Shown one piece after another: positions 1 to 10,655 of a DNA stretch of 64,000 bases. The stretch's first letter is position 1; every line of letters begins with the position of its first letter. Origin of the DNA: an uncultured Verrucomicrobiae bacterium. GTDB lineage: Bacteria > Chlamydiota > Chlamydiia > Chlamydiales > Rhabdochlamydiaceae. The notes under the pieces are model-generated. The model saw only the letters and a program-made list of their open reading frames with translations. It had not been told where the DNA came from and did no database searches. Position numbers and translations under genes: made by a program. The stretch lies in the NCBI GenBank assembly GCA_963806855.1, contig CAWDYW010000001.1:1344001-1408000 (forward strand), read 5' to 3'.

Positions 1-758
1 TCTAATTGGCTCTTCTGCCCCTCTTTTTCGATGGTGAGGGTGGTCCCATCGGCGGCGATGACTTTTGAGGAGAGATGGAAGGTCATCCCCTGCTTTTCGA
101 GGATCTGCTGGAGGTTTTTCGAAATCACTTCCTCCATGGTTGGGCAAATTCTAGGGAGGAATTCGACGAAGGTGACATTCGAGCCGAGCCGACTATAGAC
201 CGAACCGAGCTCCACCCCAATTGCACCCGCGCCGATGACAATCATCTTCTGTGGGATGCTCTCCAGGCTTAAGGCGCCAGTTGAGGTGACGATCCGCTTT
301 TCATCGATTTGCAGAAAAGGCAATTGAATTGGCTCCGATCCTGATGCCAGGATGATCGAACCGGCTTCAAAATCGACTCCATTCACCGAGACAGTCGTTG
401 GGGATTTGAGCGTCCCTGTCCCTTTGAGATGGGTCACCTTATTTTTGTGGAAAAGGGCTCCAACTCCTAGGGTAAACTCATGGACCACCTCTTTTTTTCG
501 GTCCATCATTTTGTCGAAATCGAACGCAATATGGCCCGCTTGGACTCCATGATCGGGAAAATGGTGCTCTAGTTGATAGTACAGGTCTGAGGAGTGGAGA
601 AGCGCTTTGGAAGGGATGCAACCGATATTGAGACAGGTCCCCCCGAGGTCCCCTTTTTCGACACAGGCGGTCTTTAATCCAAGCTGCCCGCACCGAATCG
701 CCGCCACATAGCCGCCGGGGCCGCTTCCAATGACAATCACATCAAATTTCTCGCTCAT
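1..758 (-). CDS. lpdA: Dihydrolipoyl dehydrogenase (E3), N-terminal part; runs off window start
   Basis: Manual translation from 758: MSEKFDVIVIGSGPGGYVAAIRCGQLG...GGTCLNIGCIPSKALL (FAD-binding motif and redox CxxxxC); AAGGAG RBS; downstream of sucB; absent from ORF track because it has no stop in the window. Confidence 0.95.
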   Translation of the reverse strand, partial: MSEKFDVIVIGSGPGGYVAAIRCGQLGLKTACVEKGDLGGTCLNIGCIPSKALLHSSDLYYQLEHHFPDHGVQAGHIAFDFDKMMDRKKEVVHEFTLGVGALFHKNKVTHLKGTGTLKSPTTVSVNGVDFEAGSIILASGSEPIQLPFLQIDEKRIVTSTGALSLESIPQKMIVIGAGAIGVELGSVYSRLGSNVTFVEFLPRICPTMEEVISKNLQQILEKQGMTFHLSSKVIAADGTTLTIEKEGQKSQL

Positions 759-782
759 ATGCTCCTTATAGCTAAGACTGGG

Positions 783-874
783 TTAAACGCAAAGACGCTA
801 AGGCGCAAAGACGCAGGAAAAGAAGAAAATAATTTTTTTTGCGTCTTTGCGCCCTTTGCGTCTTTGCGTTTTAA
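783..874. repeat. REP/MITE-like inverted repeat, family A (RCGCAAAG x3 arms), copy 1
   Basis: aacgcaaagacgctaaggcgcaaagacgca...tgcgtctttgcgccctttgcgtctttgcgtt; related copies at 15.85, 19.93, 41.9 and 49.65 kb. Confidence 0.9.
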
Positions 875-887
875 AAAGGCGAACATA

Positions 888-2012
888 TTATAGATCGATC
901 AGCATCCTTGTTGGCTCTTCCAGATTGTTCTTCATATGGACCAGGAACTGGATCGCCTCTCGTCCATCGACGATCCTGTGATCATAGCTGAGGGCCAGAT
1001 ACATAATTGGACGGATGACGATCTCATCGGCGACGACAACCGGCCGTTTGACGATGGTGTGCATTCCTAAAATCGCGCTCTGAGGCGGATTGAGGATGGG
1101 GGTGGAGAGCATGGAGCCGAAGACCCCTCCATTGGTGATGGTGAAGCTGCCTCCCCGCATATCGTCGACCGAAATTCTCCCTTCGCGCGCTTTTTTGGCA
1201 AATGCGGCAATGTCTTGCTCGATTTGGCCAAAGCTCTTTTGGTCGCTGCCACGGAGGACGGGGACCATTAGCCCTTTTTCTGTCGATACTGCAATGCAGA
1301 CGTCATAGGTCTGGAAGGTAACGATCTCTTCGCCATCGACATAGGAGTTGACTTCGGGGAACTCCTTTAGGGCTGCGACGACCGCTTTGACGAAGAAGGA
1401 CATGAAGCCTAATTTCACCCCATTGCGCTTCATGAAGGCCTCCTGCTCGCGAGCCCGAATCGCCATGATATTGGACATATCGACTTCGTTAAAGGTGGTC
1501 AACATGGCGGTCTGATTTTTGACTGCTACGAGGCGCTCAGCGATGGTTCTGCGCAGCGCTGTCATCCGCTTTCTGGTGGTTTTACCCACCTCTTCTTTGG
1601 TCTTCGGCAGGACGGGCGTTGGCATTTTGATTTCGGGTGTCTTTCCCAATTCGGCGACAAAATCGGCGCTCGTTTTGCGCACGGATGGGCCTTCTACAGC
1701 AGAAGGAGCTGGAGGTGGCGGTATCGGAGCAGCGGGGGCTGGAGCCGCGGCAGCAACGGGCTTTTCCTCTTTTTTGCCGCTAGTGTCGATCGAGCCGATC
1801 ACTTGCCCAATTTTCACCACATCGTTGACTTGTACGGTTAGGGTCAAGATCCCCTCGCCAGTTGCGTAGATCACTTGGTTGACCTTGTCGGTTTCGAGCT
1901 CGACAATCTCTTCATCGGTTTTGACATAGCTTCCACTCGGCTTCAAAATCTGGCTGACAGTCGCTTCTGAAACAGATTCTCCAGCGGATGGGACTTTGAT
2001 CTCTAATTTCAT
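888..2012 (-). CDS. sucB: 2-oxoglutarate dehydrogenase E2, dihydrolipoyl succinyltransferase
   Basis: Lipoyl domain ELETDKV, TAMLTTFNEVDM, catalytic LSYDHRIVDG. Confidence 0.96.
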   Translation of the reverse strand: MKLEIKVPSAGESVSEATVSQILKPSGSYVKTDEEIVELETDKVNQVIYATGEGILTLTVQVNDVVKIGQVIGSIDTSGKKEEKPVAAAAPAPAAPIPPPPAPSAVEGPSVRKTSADFVAELGKTPEIKMPTPVLPKTKEEVGKTTRKRMTALRRTIAERLVAVKNQTAMLTTFNEVDMSNIMAIRAREQEAFMKRNGVKLGFMSFFVKAVVAALKEFPEVNSYVDGEEIVTFQTYDVCIAVSTEKGLMVPVLRGSDQKSFGQIEQDIAAFAKKAREGRISVDDMRGGSFTITNGGVFGSMLSTPILNPPQSAILGMHTIVKRPVVVADEIVIRPIMYLALSYDHRIVDGREAIQFLVHMKNNLEEPTRMLIDL

Positions 2013-4690
2013 GATGGGGATCCTTGGCTATAAAGTTGTTGCATGATGGCCTCATGCTCGAGATGGTGCAGCGCATGCGAACCGGCGGCTGGCGATGCTG
2101 CTTCAGCGCGGCCGATATAGGAAATATTCTCTATTCGGTGTCGGAGGAAATTCCAAGCGCCCATATTAGCATGTTCTTCTTGCACGTAGGCACAGGGTAA
2201 AGAGCCATATTTTTTGATCAGGGCGGCAAGCTTTTCTGTGTGTAGAGGGTAAAGCTGCTCGATGCGCAGGATCACATCTTCTGCGCTGCGCTTCTCCCGC
2301 TCTTGGACTAAATCGTAGTAGACTTTGCCGCTACAGATCAAGATCCGTTTCGGGCTTTTCGGCGGATTGGGATCGTCTAAAATTTCTTCAAAATGGCCTT
2401 CAGAGAAGTCTTTGAGGGGGCTGCGGCACAGAGGATGGCGGAGTAAAACCTTGGGTGTAAACACGATTAGCGGTTTTTTTATCGGCCGGAGGCCTTGGCG
2501 GCGGAGCAGATGGAAGAACTGGGCTGGGGTGGTGCAATTGACCACTGTCATATTCTCGTCAGCGCAAAGCTGCAGATATCTTTCGATACGGGCTGAAGAA
2601 TGTTCTGGGCCCATCCCCTCGTAGCCGTGAGGCAGTAAGAGGGTCAAATTGGTGCTCTGTCCCCATTTCATTTCCGAGGGGGCGATGTACTGGTCGATGA
2701 TCACTTGCGCCCCATTGGCGAAGTCTCCAAATTGCCCTTCCCAGAGAACCAGCGATTTTGGGTACATCAAGCTATAGCCAAATTCAAAGCCAAGCACCCC
2801 TACCTCTGAAAGTGGAGAATTGTAGAGATCGCAGCGCGCTTGTGTGTCGCTCAAATGGGAGAGTGGAAAATAATGGGCTGCTGTCAGCTGGTCAACGTAC
2901 ATGCCGTGCCGATGGGAAAAGGTGCCGCGGCGCGAGTCTTGGCCAGAGAGTCGAACATGAATGCCCTCCGTGACGAGGGTTCCGTAGGCGAGCATCTCTG
3001 CCATCCCCCAATCGAGGGTTTGCTCGAGCATATTTTCCCGCTCTTTTAAAAGTCGCTGCACTTTAGGGTGGAGATTAACGCCCGGCGGGATTTGAGCAAT
3101 TTTTTTGCCGATTTCGAGCAGGGTATTTCTGTCCACACGTGTCTCAAAGGGCTTCAAGAGCTGCTCGAGGTCTCTCCCTTTTTTACGGATCTTCAACTTC
3201 TCAGGTGCTGGCTTGCTCGCTTTGACACTCTCGAGAATTTTGTTTAAATTGTCGTGGAACTGTCTCTCGATCTCTTCGGCTGCTGCAGCGTTTAAAATCC
3301 CCTCTTCAATCAGACGATCGCGGTAGATTTCTCTGATCGTCTTCTTCGCTCGAATGATCTGATATTCTAGCGGCTGGGTAAAGGTTGGCTCATCCCCTTC
3401 GTTGTGCCCATATTTCCGATACCCCATCAGGTCGATGAAGACATCGCACCCAAATTGCTGCCTGAGCTGAATCGCCAGATTTGCCACCGCGACGCAAGCA
3501 TCCGGATCTTCGGCGCTCACATGGAACACAGGCGCGCCGAAGGCTTTGGCGATATCGGTGCAATATCTAGTCGAGCGGGTATCTTTTGGAAGAGTGGTGA
3601 AGCCGATTTGGTTGTTGATGACAATATGGATCGTGCCCCTAGTCCGGTAACCGTTGAGATCAGCCAGCGTTAGCGTCTCATAAACGATTCCCTGTCCCGC
3701 GACGGCCGCATCGCCATGGACTAAAATCGGGAGCACCTCGCTCGCCTGTGCTTTCTCCCTTTTTTGCTCTTGCAGCGCCCGCGCCAGCCCTTCAACAACC
3801 GGATCGACCGATTCCAAGTGGCTCGGGTTGGCCGACAGCATCACCTGTATTTTCTTGTAGGTGCCGGCAAAGCCCATATGATACTTCACATCGCCGGTCG
3901 ACTCAGCGAGATCGGGGGTATAATAGTCCTCAAATTCTTCGAAGATGTAGCCATAGGACTTGCCCATGATATTGGCCAGCACATTGAGCCTTCCACGGTG
4001 AGCCATCCCGATGATCGCATCGGTGAGTCCCAGTTCTTGCCCTTTGTTCAAAATCGCATGAAAAATGGGGATAAAGGTCTCTTCACCCTCGAGAGAAAAT
4101 CGCTTCTGCCCCACATATTTGGTGTGTAAAAAAGTCTCAAATCCTTCCGCCTGATTGAGCTGCTTGAGGATCTCCACCTTGTCGCCTGTAGAGAGTCGAT
4201 TGGGAAAATAGGGCTCGATCTGCTTTTGGATCCACTCTTGCATCGCCACATTGCCCAAATTCATGTACTCGACCCCAATGGTGCGGCAATAGGTTTTCTG
4301 CAGCGCCTCAATGATCTCGCTAAGCGGCGCCTTTTCCTTGTCGAGAAGACCGTTGGTCGGAAATGGACGCCCAGATCCTTGTCGGAAAGGCCAAAATTCT
4401 CCAATTTTAGCTCACTTGGCAAGAGAGGGAGCCTCTGTTGCTACACAATCGCAGCGGGCCATCAAGTGACCATAAGTGCGGTAGGCCTGGATGAGGTAGT
4501 AGACCCGCAGGTCGGCGCTTTCAACCCGCGGGGGAAACGCCTTCGCCAAATTGGAGCCGAGCTGCATCCCATCAAAGAAGTTTTGCCAGGAGGGATCCAC
4601 ATTTTGAGGGTTCTTCTGCCACTCGGAATAGAGATTCTCCAGAAGTTTAAGATTGGCTAGGTTGGCGTAACTAGGTTGATCTTGACTCAT
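2009..4690 (-). CDS. sucA: 2-oxoglutarate dehydrogenase E1; two compensating single-base indels near 4422 and 4368 (probably sequencing errors)
   Basis: N-terminal VDPSWQNFF and IQAYRTYGHL (4412..4690) join via alternative-frame LPSELKLENFGLSDKDL to KRFSLEG, GMAHRGRLNVL, HGDAA, LLPHGYEGMGPEHSSAR (2009..4264). Confidence 0.93.
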
Positions 4691-4781
4691 ATCCTGCCCT
4701 TATAACGATCCAAGAAAATTTTAGCTAGGTTTTAAAGGTGCATTACTGTAAAGTATCGCAGAAAAGCTAAGGTGATATAGC

Positions 4782-5258
4782 ATGAGTTTAAAGAGTGAAC
4801 GTCTAAAAAAACTAGAGAATGAACTATCAGATTTAGAGCAATGGCTTAAATTGGGCCTTGTTCCAAAGAAGGATCTAATCAAGCATTCTGAAGAAATCGA
4901 AGGGATAAAGAAAAAAATTGACGAAGAACTCGAGCGGCTCAAATTCCTAAAAGAGAGCGGTGAAGTGGAAGAATATGTGCCTCCTAAGCGTGGCGGAAGA
5001 GCTGCCTATCAGGAGCCGCAAAGCATGCCCGATGTGACCATAGGCGACGAAACCGCAACTGAAAGCGAGGCAACTGGCTTCGAATCTGAAACAGAATCCT
5101 TCGATACCGAAACTGTAACCGGCGAAGAGACCACCGAAGAGACCACCAAAGAAGAAGAGGTATCCTCTCAGATTTACGAAGATGATGAAGATCCCTACAG
5201 CGACAAAAACCGCTGGAGACGGGGCATCCTCCACGACCCCGACGCAGATGAATGGTAG
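4782..5258 (+). CDS. Chlamydia-conserved acidic protein, CT053-like
   Basis: LKSERLKKLENEL N-terminus and DEDPYSDKNRWRRG..DPDADEW C-terminus resemble C. trachomatis CT053 (from recall); same position between hemN and sucA. Confidence 0.75.
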   Translation: MSLKSERLKKLENELSDLEQWLKLGLVPKKDLIKHSEEIEGIKKKIDEELERLKFLKESGEVEEYVPPKRGGRAAYQEPQSMPDVTIGDETATESEATGFESETESFDTETVTGEETTEETTKEEEVSSQIYEDDEDPYSDKNRWRRGILHDPDADEW

Positions 5259-6336
5259 TATTTACTTCCATATTCCCTTCTGCAACAAAAAGTGCCCCTA
5301 CTGCCATTTCTACGTAATCCCGAACAATCCCAAACATAAGCAAGAGCTCCTCGAGGGGCTCCTGCTTGAATGGGAGCAAGTGCGGGACCAATTGGCAAAT
5401 TTCAACATCATTTCCATCTATTTTGGCGGAGGGACCCCGACCCTCTTTGGACCCCACCCGATTCAGACCATCCTCGAAAAAATCGGCGTCCCTAACGGTT
5501 GCGAAGTGACCATTGAGGCCAACCCCGAAGATGTGACAGTAGAGCTGATGCAAGGCTATAAACAAGCAGGCGTCAACCGGGTGAGCATCGGGGTCCAATC
5601 GCTCCAAGACGATTCACTCAACGTGCTCGAGCGAACCCACAATGCGCAAAAAGCGATCGACGCCATTTGGGATACCTATCATGCCGGCATCACCAATATT
5701 TCGATCGATCTCATGTATGAACTCCCCGACCAAACCCCCGAAAGCTTTGAAAAGACCCTGCAACAATTAAAAAGCCTCCCCATCACCCACCTATCCCTCT
5801 ATAATTTGACCATTGAACCGCATACTGCCTTTTACAAGCGGCCCCTCAAACTCCCTTCAGATGCAGAGAATTTCACCATGCATAACATGGCTGTGAGCCA
5901 GATCGAAAAGATCGGCTTGAAAAGGTATGAAATTTCTGCCTTTGCCAAACCTGGCTTTGAGTCGCGCCACAACGTCGGATATTGGACCGCCCGCCCCTTC
6001 CTCGGCTTAGGCCCATCGGCTTTCAGTTACTTTAAAGGAAAACGGTACCGCAACTGCGCCAACTTGAGCAAATATCTCGCTGCTCTGCGGAGCGGAGAAT
6101 CCCCGGTTGATTTCGAAGAAGCGCTCCCCTATCCCCAAAACGTCCATGAACTTCTCGCCGTCGAGTTGCGGCTCCTGCGAGGAGTCGATTTGACCCGCTT
6201 TAACCTCCCTGAAAAGACCAAAATCGTGCTCGACCGGCTCATTAAAGAAAAATATCTAACTCTTGACCGAGAGACCCTTAGACTCTCTGAAAAGGGGCTT
6301 TTGTTCTACGATACTGTCGCCAGCGAAATAATTTAA
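5248..6336 (+). CDS. hemW: Radical SAM heme chaperone HemW (HemN-like)
   Basis: SIYFHIPFCNKKCPYCHF, YFGGGTPT, IEANP, RYEIS, HNxxYW motifs; likely start ATG 5248. Confidence 0.9.
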   Translation: MNGSIYFHIPFCNKKCPYCHFYVIPNNPKHKQELLEGLLLEWEQVRDQLANFNIISIYFGGGTPTLFGPHPIQTILEKIGVPNGCEVTIEANPEDVTVELMQGYKQAGVNRVSIGVQSLQDDSLNVLERTHNAQKAIDAIWDTYHAGITNISIDLMYELPDQTPESFEKTLQQLKSLPITHLSLYNLTIEPHTAFYKRPLKLPSDAENFTMHNMAVSQIEKIGLKRYEISAFAKPGFESRHNVGYWTARPFLGLGPSAFSYFKGKRYRNCANLSKYLAALRSGESPVDFEEALPYPQNVHELLAVELRLLRGVDLTRFNLPEKTKIVLDRLIKEKYLTLDRETLRLSEKGLLFYDTVASEII

Positions 6337-6437
6337 GTGTCTAATTATAAGTTCTTTGCTCTATTAAAAAATATTTATTAGACACAAAAATGGATAAAAA
6401 TGTAGGATAAAGATAAAATTTGCCGACATTATTATCC

Positions 6438-7043
6438 ATGCGCGCTATAGAAAAAGCGATAAAGATCTTTAAGAAAAATCATAGTTTGCTCAGGACTGCC
6501 GAAGCTCTCCGTTTGGGTATACATCCTCGTACTTTATATCAAATGCGGGATGAAGGACTAATAGAACAGCTTGCGAAGGGGGTCTATAGACTGATTGAAG
6601 TTCCAGATTTTTCTGAACCAGATTTAGTCCTTATCTCAAAAAAGATTCCCAATGGCATTATCTGTTTGATTTCCGCTCTAGCTTTTTATGAAATCACCAC
6701 ACAGATTCCTCATTTTGTCTATGTTGCAATTCCTCATAAAGCCAGAGAATCTCGTTTATCTTATCCTCCAATTCGTTACTTTCACTATTCAGAAAAAACC
6801 TACAATGCAGGGGTTGAAACTAAATTAATTGGAGGGTATCCTATCAAAATTTTTAGTATTGAAAAGACCTTGGCAGATTGTATTAAATTTCGTAATAAAA
6901 TTGGCATGGATGTAGTGATAGAAGCTTTAAAGATGTACTGGCAACTCAAAGACACTAAGATAGACAAACTATTTGAGTATGCAAAATTAAATCGAGTTGA
7001 AAAAATACTTCAGCCAATTATGGAAACGATCGTGAGCCAATAA
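6438..7043 (+). CDS. Type IV toxin-antitoxin AbiEi-family antitoxin / transcriptional regulator
   Basis: N-terminal wHTH (GLIEQLAKGVY), CLISALAFYEITTQIP, EKTLADC, RNKIG. Confidence 0.85.
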   Translation: MRAIEKAIKIFKKNHSLLRTAEALRLGIHPRTLYQMRDEGLIEQLAKGVYRLIEVPDFSEPDLVLISKKIPNGIICLISALAFYEITTQIPHFVYVAIPHKARESRLSYPPIRYFHYSEKTYNAGVETKLIGGYPIKIFSIEKTLADCIKFRNKIGMDVVIEALKMYWQLKDTKIDKLFEYAKLNRVEKILQPIMETIVSQ

Positions 7044-7044
7044 A

Positions 7045-7357
7045 ATGGAAAATCCTAAGAAGAATCTCTCTGAATCAATCTATAATCGTTTGAAAAATGT
7101 TGCTAAAACAAGGGAAAGGCCTGTTCAAGAAGTTTTAAAATACTATGCAATGGAGCGGTTTCTTTATCGATTGGGGATATCACCTTATCAAAAATCTTTT
7201 TATCTGAAAGGTGGATTAATGTTGATGCTTTGGAATCCTAAGAGCCATAGAGCTACGGTCGATATTGATCTTCTTAGCAAGACCTCTAATTCCATTTCTA
7301 ATTTGCAAAAAATTATTAAAGAAATTTGTTCCTCTGAGTTTAATTTAGATGGGGTGT
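7045..7357 (+). pseudogene. Truncated AbiEii-family nucleotidyltransferase toxin
   Basis: YYAMERFLYRL, LKGGLML, RATVDIDL motifs; family-like sequence ends at about aa 104 where the ORF runs into the arsR 3' end. Confidence 0.8.
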
Positions 7358-7708
7358 TCAACAATAGGTGGTGCAAATATTTTTATTGCGAACACAAGCA
7401 CTTTTTTCAAAATCAGATTGGTAGGGTTGGGTGTCTTTATGGCTTTCTAAAGTAGCAGTAAGTACTTGCTGCATCCATGTTTGAATTTGTTCATTTAACC
7501 GATAATATACCCATTGCCCTCTGCGCTCATCCAAAACAAGTCCAGATATTCGCAGGAGGGATAAATGGCGTGATATTTTTGGTTGAATACTTTCAAGTAT
7601 GTGACTGAATTCACAGACACAGAGTTCTTTTTCCTTTTGCAATAATAAAAGGCATCGCAAACGGGTTTCATCCGACAATAAATTAAAGAATTCTTGAGGG
7701 GATATCAT
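7358..7708 (-). CDS. arsR: ArsR/SmtB arsenic-responsive repressor
   Basis: LSDETRLR, ELCVCE As(III) site, QPKISRHL, RRGQWVYY; ATG at 7708 is in frame with the upstream ArsM tail. Confidence 0.9.
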   Translation of the reverse strand: MISPQEFFNLLSDETRLRCLLLLQKEKELCVCEFSHILESIQPKISRHLSLLRISGLVLDERRGQWVYYRLNEQIQTWMQQVLTATLESHKDTQPYQSDFEKSACVRNKNICTTYC

Positions 7709-8580
7709 GGCTTTTACCTTCGGTTTAACTGCTTTAATTTTAGCAGAAATAACATATTCTTCTGCACCTGCACCAGGGACCCAGTCTTTAATAAACATGC
7801 GACTGTTCTCCTGGGGTCTCAATCACGATATCTGTAAATCCAGCTTTAGAAAGCATTTGTTTTAGATCATTAATAGGAATTGCGCCAGATATACAATTGC
7901 AATAAAGTTCTTTGTTATTAACCATTTCTTCTGGCAATGGCTTATTTGCTACAACATCAGAAATTGCAATCCTACCTCCCTCTTTTAATACCCTAAAAGA
8001 CTCGTTGAAAACTTGAGCCTTATCGGTGGACAGATTAACCACGCAATTAGAGATAATGACATCTACTGAATTGTTTGGAAGTGGAAGATGCTCAATTTCC
8101 CCTAATAGAAATTCAACATTTCGATAACCTTCTCTTGCAGCATTAGCTCCTTGCTGTACTTAGCATTTCTGGTGTCATATCCACACCGTATACTTTTCCA
8201 TTAGGGCCAACTTTACGAGCGGCTAAAAAGGCATCAAAACCACCCACCAGCTCCTAAATCAAGAACAACTTCACCTGTCTTTAAATCTGCAATTGCCTGC
8301 GGATTACCGCATCCCAAGCCCATGTTAGATCCTTCTGGAGCACTATCCAATTCTTCTTTGCTATAGCCAAGCTCTTGTGAATAGCTAGGATCTGGTTTGG
8401 CAGAAACACCACAGCAACTACGCCCATTCCCACAGCTTTTATTTTGTTTATTGGCCTCAGCGACACCTCCATAGGCTGCCCTCACTTCATTTTTGACATC
8501 CTCAATATCTTTGGTTCTTGCCCATTTCTTTCTGCAACATACTGTACATGCTCAACTTTAGGCGGTTGATAGTAATCCAT
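7709..8580 (-). pseudogene. arsM: Arsenite methyltransferase, frameshifted at about 4 sites
   Basis: Fragments [62 protein letters not shown] in different frames; AAGGAG RBS upstream of ATG 8580. Confidence 0.85.
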
Positions 8581-8605
8581 TGACAATCTCCTTGTTTATT
8601 TATGG

Positions 8606-8652
8606 ATATTCGCATATACGTATATATATGAAAAAGAAAAATATTCTGTCAA
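8606..8652 (-). promoter_or_regulatory. Putative ars promoter with imperfect palindromic ArsR operator
   Basis: TTGACA at 8652-8647 (minus strand); 20-bp imperfect palindrome atattcgcatatacgtatat (8606-8625) just upstream of arsM. Confidence 0.5.
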
Positions 8653-8764
8653 CGATTCTCAACTCAAACTTGTGTGGCTTAAAATGTATTTTAAAATGAC
8701 CGGAATAGAATATTGATGCAATTTTATATGAGCGATTAATTTTTTAAACAAGAGGTTTTGTTAG

Positions 8765-9031
8765 ATGGTTATAATATCAAAAGCAATTATAGTTTCTACA
8801 CTCACTGGAGCAGTGGTTGCAACAGTCCCAAGCAGTATAATCTGCGGAGATTTATGTTCAAAACTATGGTTCTTTGATATAACGCCTACTATTGGGGAAA
8901 AGATCATGCGCGCCACTTTGATATGTATTACTAAGGGTACTTTATATGGTGCAGCAGTAGGTTATACTGTTGCTACAATTACTACTCTTGCGATACAGTT
9001 CATTTCAAGAGCTCGCCCGCAAATTGAATAA
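8765..9031 (+). CDS. Small hydrophobic hypothetical protein
   Basis: 88 aa, two hydrophobic segments, AAGAGG RBS. Confidence 0.5.
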   Translation: MVIISKAIIVSTLTGAVVATVPSSIICGDLCSKLWFFDITPTIGEKIMRATLICITKGTLYGAAVGYTVATITTLAIQFISRARPQIE

Positions 9032-9147
9032 ATATTTGAATTTTGCAATCCTCCTGGCGACTATCTCTGGCATAGTAGTGCCAAGTTCCGCATAAATCGC
9101 TTGAAAATAACCCACATAGTTCCTAAAAGAGAGAAAACGGAGGAAGG

Positions 9148-9324
9148 ATGCTGAAGTGGGCTGCTATTTTTTTAGTGATCGCGTTGATCACCGGTTACAT
9201 GGGATTTAAAGGCACTGAAGTAGATGCGAAGAAAATTGCCAAGGGGCTATTTTTCTTATTCGCCCTCCTTTTTATGGTCTTTCTTATCCTCGCCCTGATC
9301 CATGGGAATCGGTGCTCAATCTAG
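9148..9324 (+). CDS. DUF1328 (YtjA/UPF0391-like) small membrane protein, 58 aa
   Basis: Manual translation MLKWAAIFLVIALITGYMGFKG...IAKGLFFLFALLFMVFL; GGAGG RBS; below ORF-track cutoff. Confidence 0.8.
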   Translation: MLKWAAIFLVIALITGYMGFKGTEVDAKKIAKGLFFLFALLFMVFLILALIHGNRCSI

Positions 9325-10291
9325 CAAAGAAGATTGTGAAAAGCATCTCGGGCCTGCCGACACTTGTCTTGAGGCCGAGTTCAAACTCAAAGAGATCGAT
9401 CAGCCCCCGTTTAAAGTAATCGATTCCGAACTGGCGCGCTCCATCGACACACTGCTGCAGAGCTTTCGGCCATAGCCGCGGAAAGGCTGCAGAGATCTCC
9501 TCTTGCGAAGACCCTTTTTTGATCAAGACCGCCATCTTCAGTCCCATCTCCAATTGATTGCGCAGCATCCCAATGAGTGGCAACAAGACCGAGACATCAT
9601 GGAAATCGGGAACCGTCTTTAATCCTCCCCAGACCAGTTGCTGGGCAATCTGAAAGAAATTGTATTCCACCGAAGAGCTGCAAATCGTCTCCACATCGGC
9701 GCGGGTGACTGCCGTTCTTTCTCCGATATAGCAGATCAACTTTTCAATCTCCTGACCCAAATTGAGCCGATCGCATGGTAGCCGTTCAAAGATCGCCTCG
9801 ACTGCATCGGGAGCAATCTGCTTTTTTTGCGCATGGATCACCTGCACCAGCCATTTTTGCATCCGCTGCTTCTCTTCCCACGGCTTTTCTTGCGTCAGAT
9901 CGAGAATCACCATCTCCTTCTTCCCTTTTTCATAGAGGGTGGAGATGTTTTTGCCATTCGCAGCGCCAAGAAGCAGTTGCCCTTGAGGATTGGGCGCGGT
10001 GACATATTGGGTGAGCTGCTGTACTTCCGAATCGAGGAGCAGGTCCACTCCATCGAGCACCGCTGCCGTCTTCCCAGAAAAGAGCGATCCCCCATTGAGA
10101 TGCCCAAGCACATCTTTTACCTGCTGGCACCTCTTCAAATCGGCCTCTTTTTCCAACAATTGGACTAAGCTGGCCAAAATTTTCTTCCGCTCATTCTCCT
10201 GGCTGCAGACCACCGCATAGACAGCGGAAAGGTGCTGGGGAAACGCCTCTTTAAAATGCTTCTCGAATGCTTCGAGTTTCTGAAACTTCAT
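9284..10291 (-). CDS. holA: DNA polymerase III delta subunit-like
   Basis: SLFSGK, QEIEKLICYIGERTAVTRADVE, FQIAQ motifs; likely start MKFQK. Confidence 0.75.
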   Translation of the reverse strand: MKFQKLEAFEKHFKEAFPQHLSAVYAVVCSQENERKKILASLVQLLEKEADLKRCQQVKDVLGHLNGGSLFSGKTAAVLDGVDLLLDSEVQQLTQYVTAPNPQGQLLLGAANGKNISTLYEKGKKEMVILDLTQEKPWEEKQRMQKWLVQVIHAQKKQIAPDAVEAIFERLPCDRLNLGQEIEKLICYIGERTAVTRADVETICSSSVEYNFFQIAQQLVWGGLKTVPDFHDVSVLLPLIGMLRNQLEMGLKMAVLIKKGSSQEEISAAFPRLWPKALQQCVDGARQFGIDYFKRGLIDLFEFELGLKTSVGRPEMLFTIFFARLSTDSHGSGRG

Positions 10292-10358
10292 TTCTCTAGT
10301 ATAGCGATCTTTTGATTTATTTGATCCCATGGGTTATCTTAAGAGAAAGGAGAAGCAG

Positions 10359-10610
10359 ATGGCTACACCGAAAAAGAAAGCAAAAGTTGTAAAGAAAAAA
10401 GTTGCACCTAAAAAACAGGTGGCAGCAGTTAAAAAGGCGGCTCCTAAGGCTCCTTTAAAGAAAACAGTTGCTAAAAAGACAGAGCGCAAAAAAGCCGTCG
10501 AAAAACCTCCCGTCGCCCCTCCTAAGAAAAAAGCCACCCCTGTCAAGCTCCACTCCAAAAAAATTCTTACAGCGGAAGGATGGCGAAGACTGATGATGGC
10601 AAAAAACTAA
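10359..10610 (+). CDS. Lys/Ala-rich histone H1-like basic protein
   Basis: MATPKKKAKVVKKKVAPKK, very basic; AAGGAG RBS. Confidence 0.6.
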   Translation: MATPKKKAKVVKKKVAPKKQVAAVKKAAPKAPLKKTVAKKTERKKAVEKPPVAPPKKKATPVKLHSKKILTAEGWRRLMMAKN

Positions 10611-10655
10611 TAAATCAGTTATAATAATTCTACTATTCATCACCACTGGAGGAAT

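Noticed and set aside
4412..4414. In-frame TGA in sucA as selenocysteine or readthrough
   Set aside because: The alternative frame (LPSELKLENFGLSDKDL) fits SucA better; two compensating indels explain it
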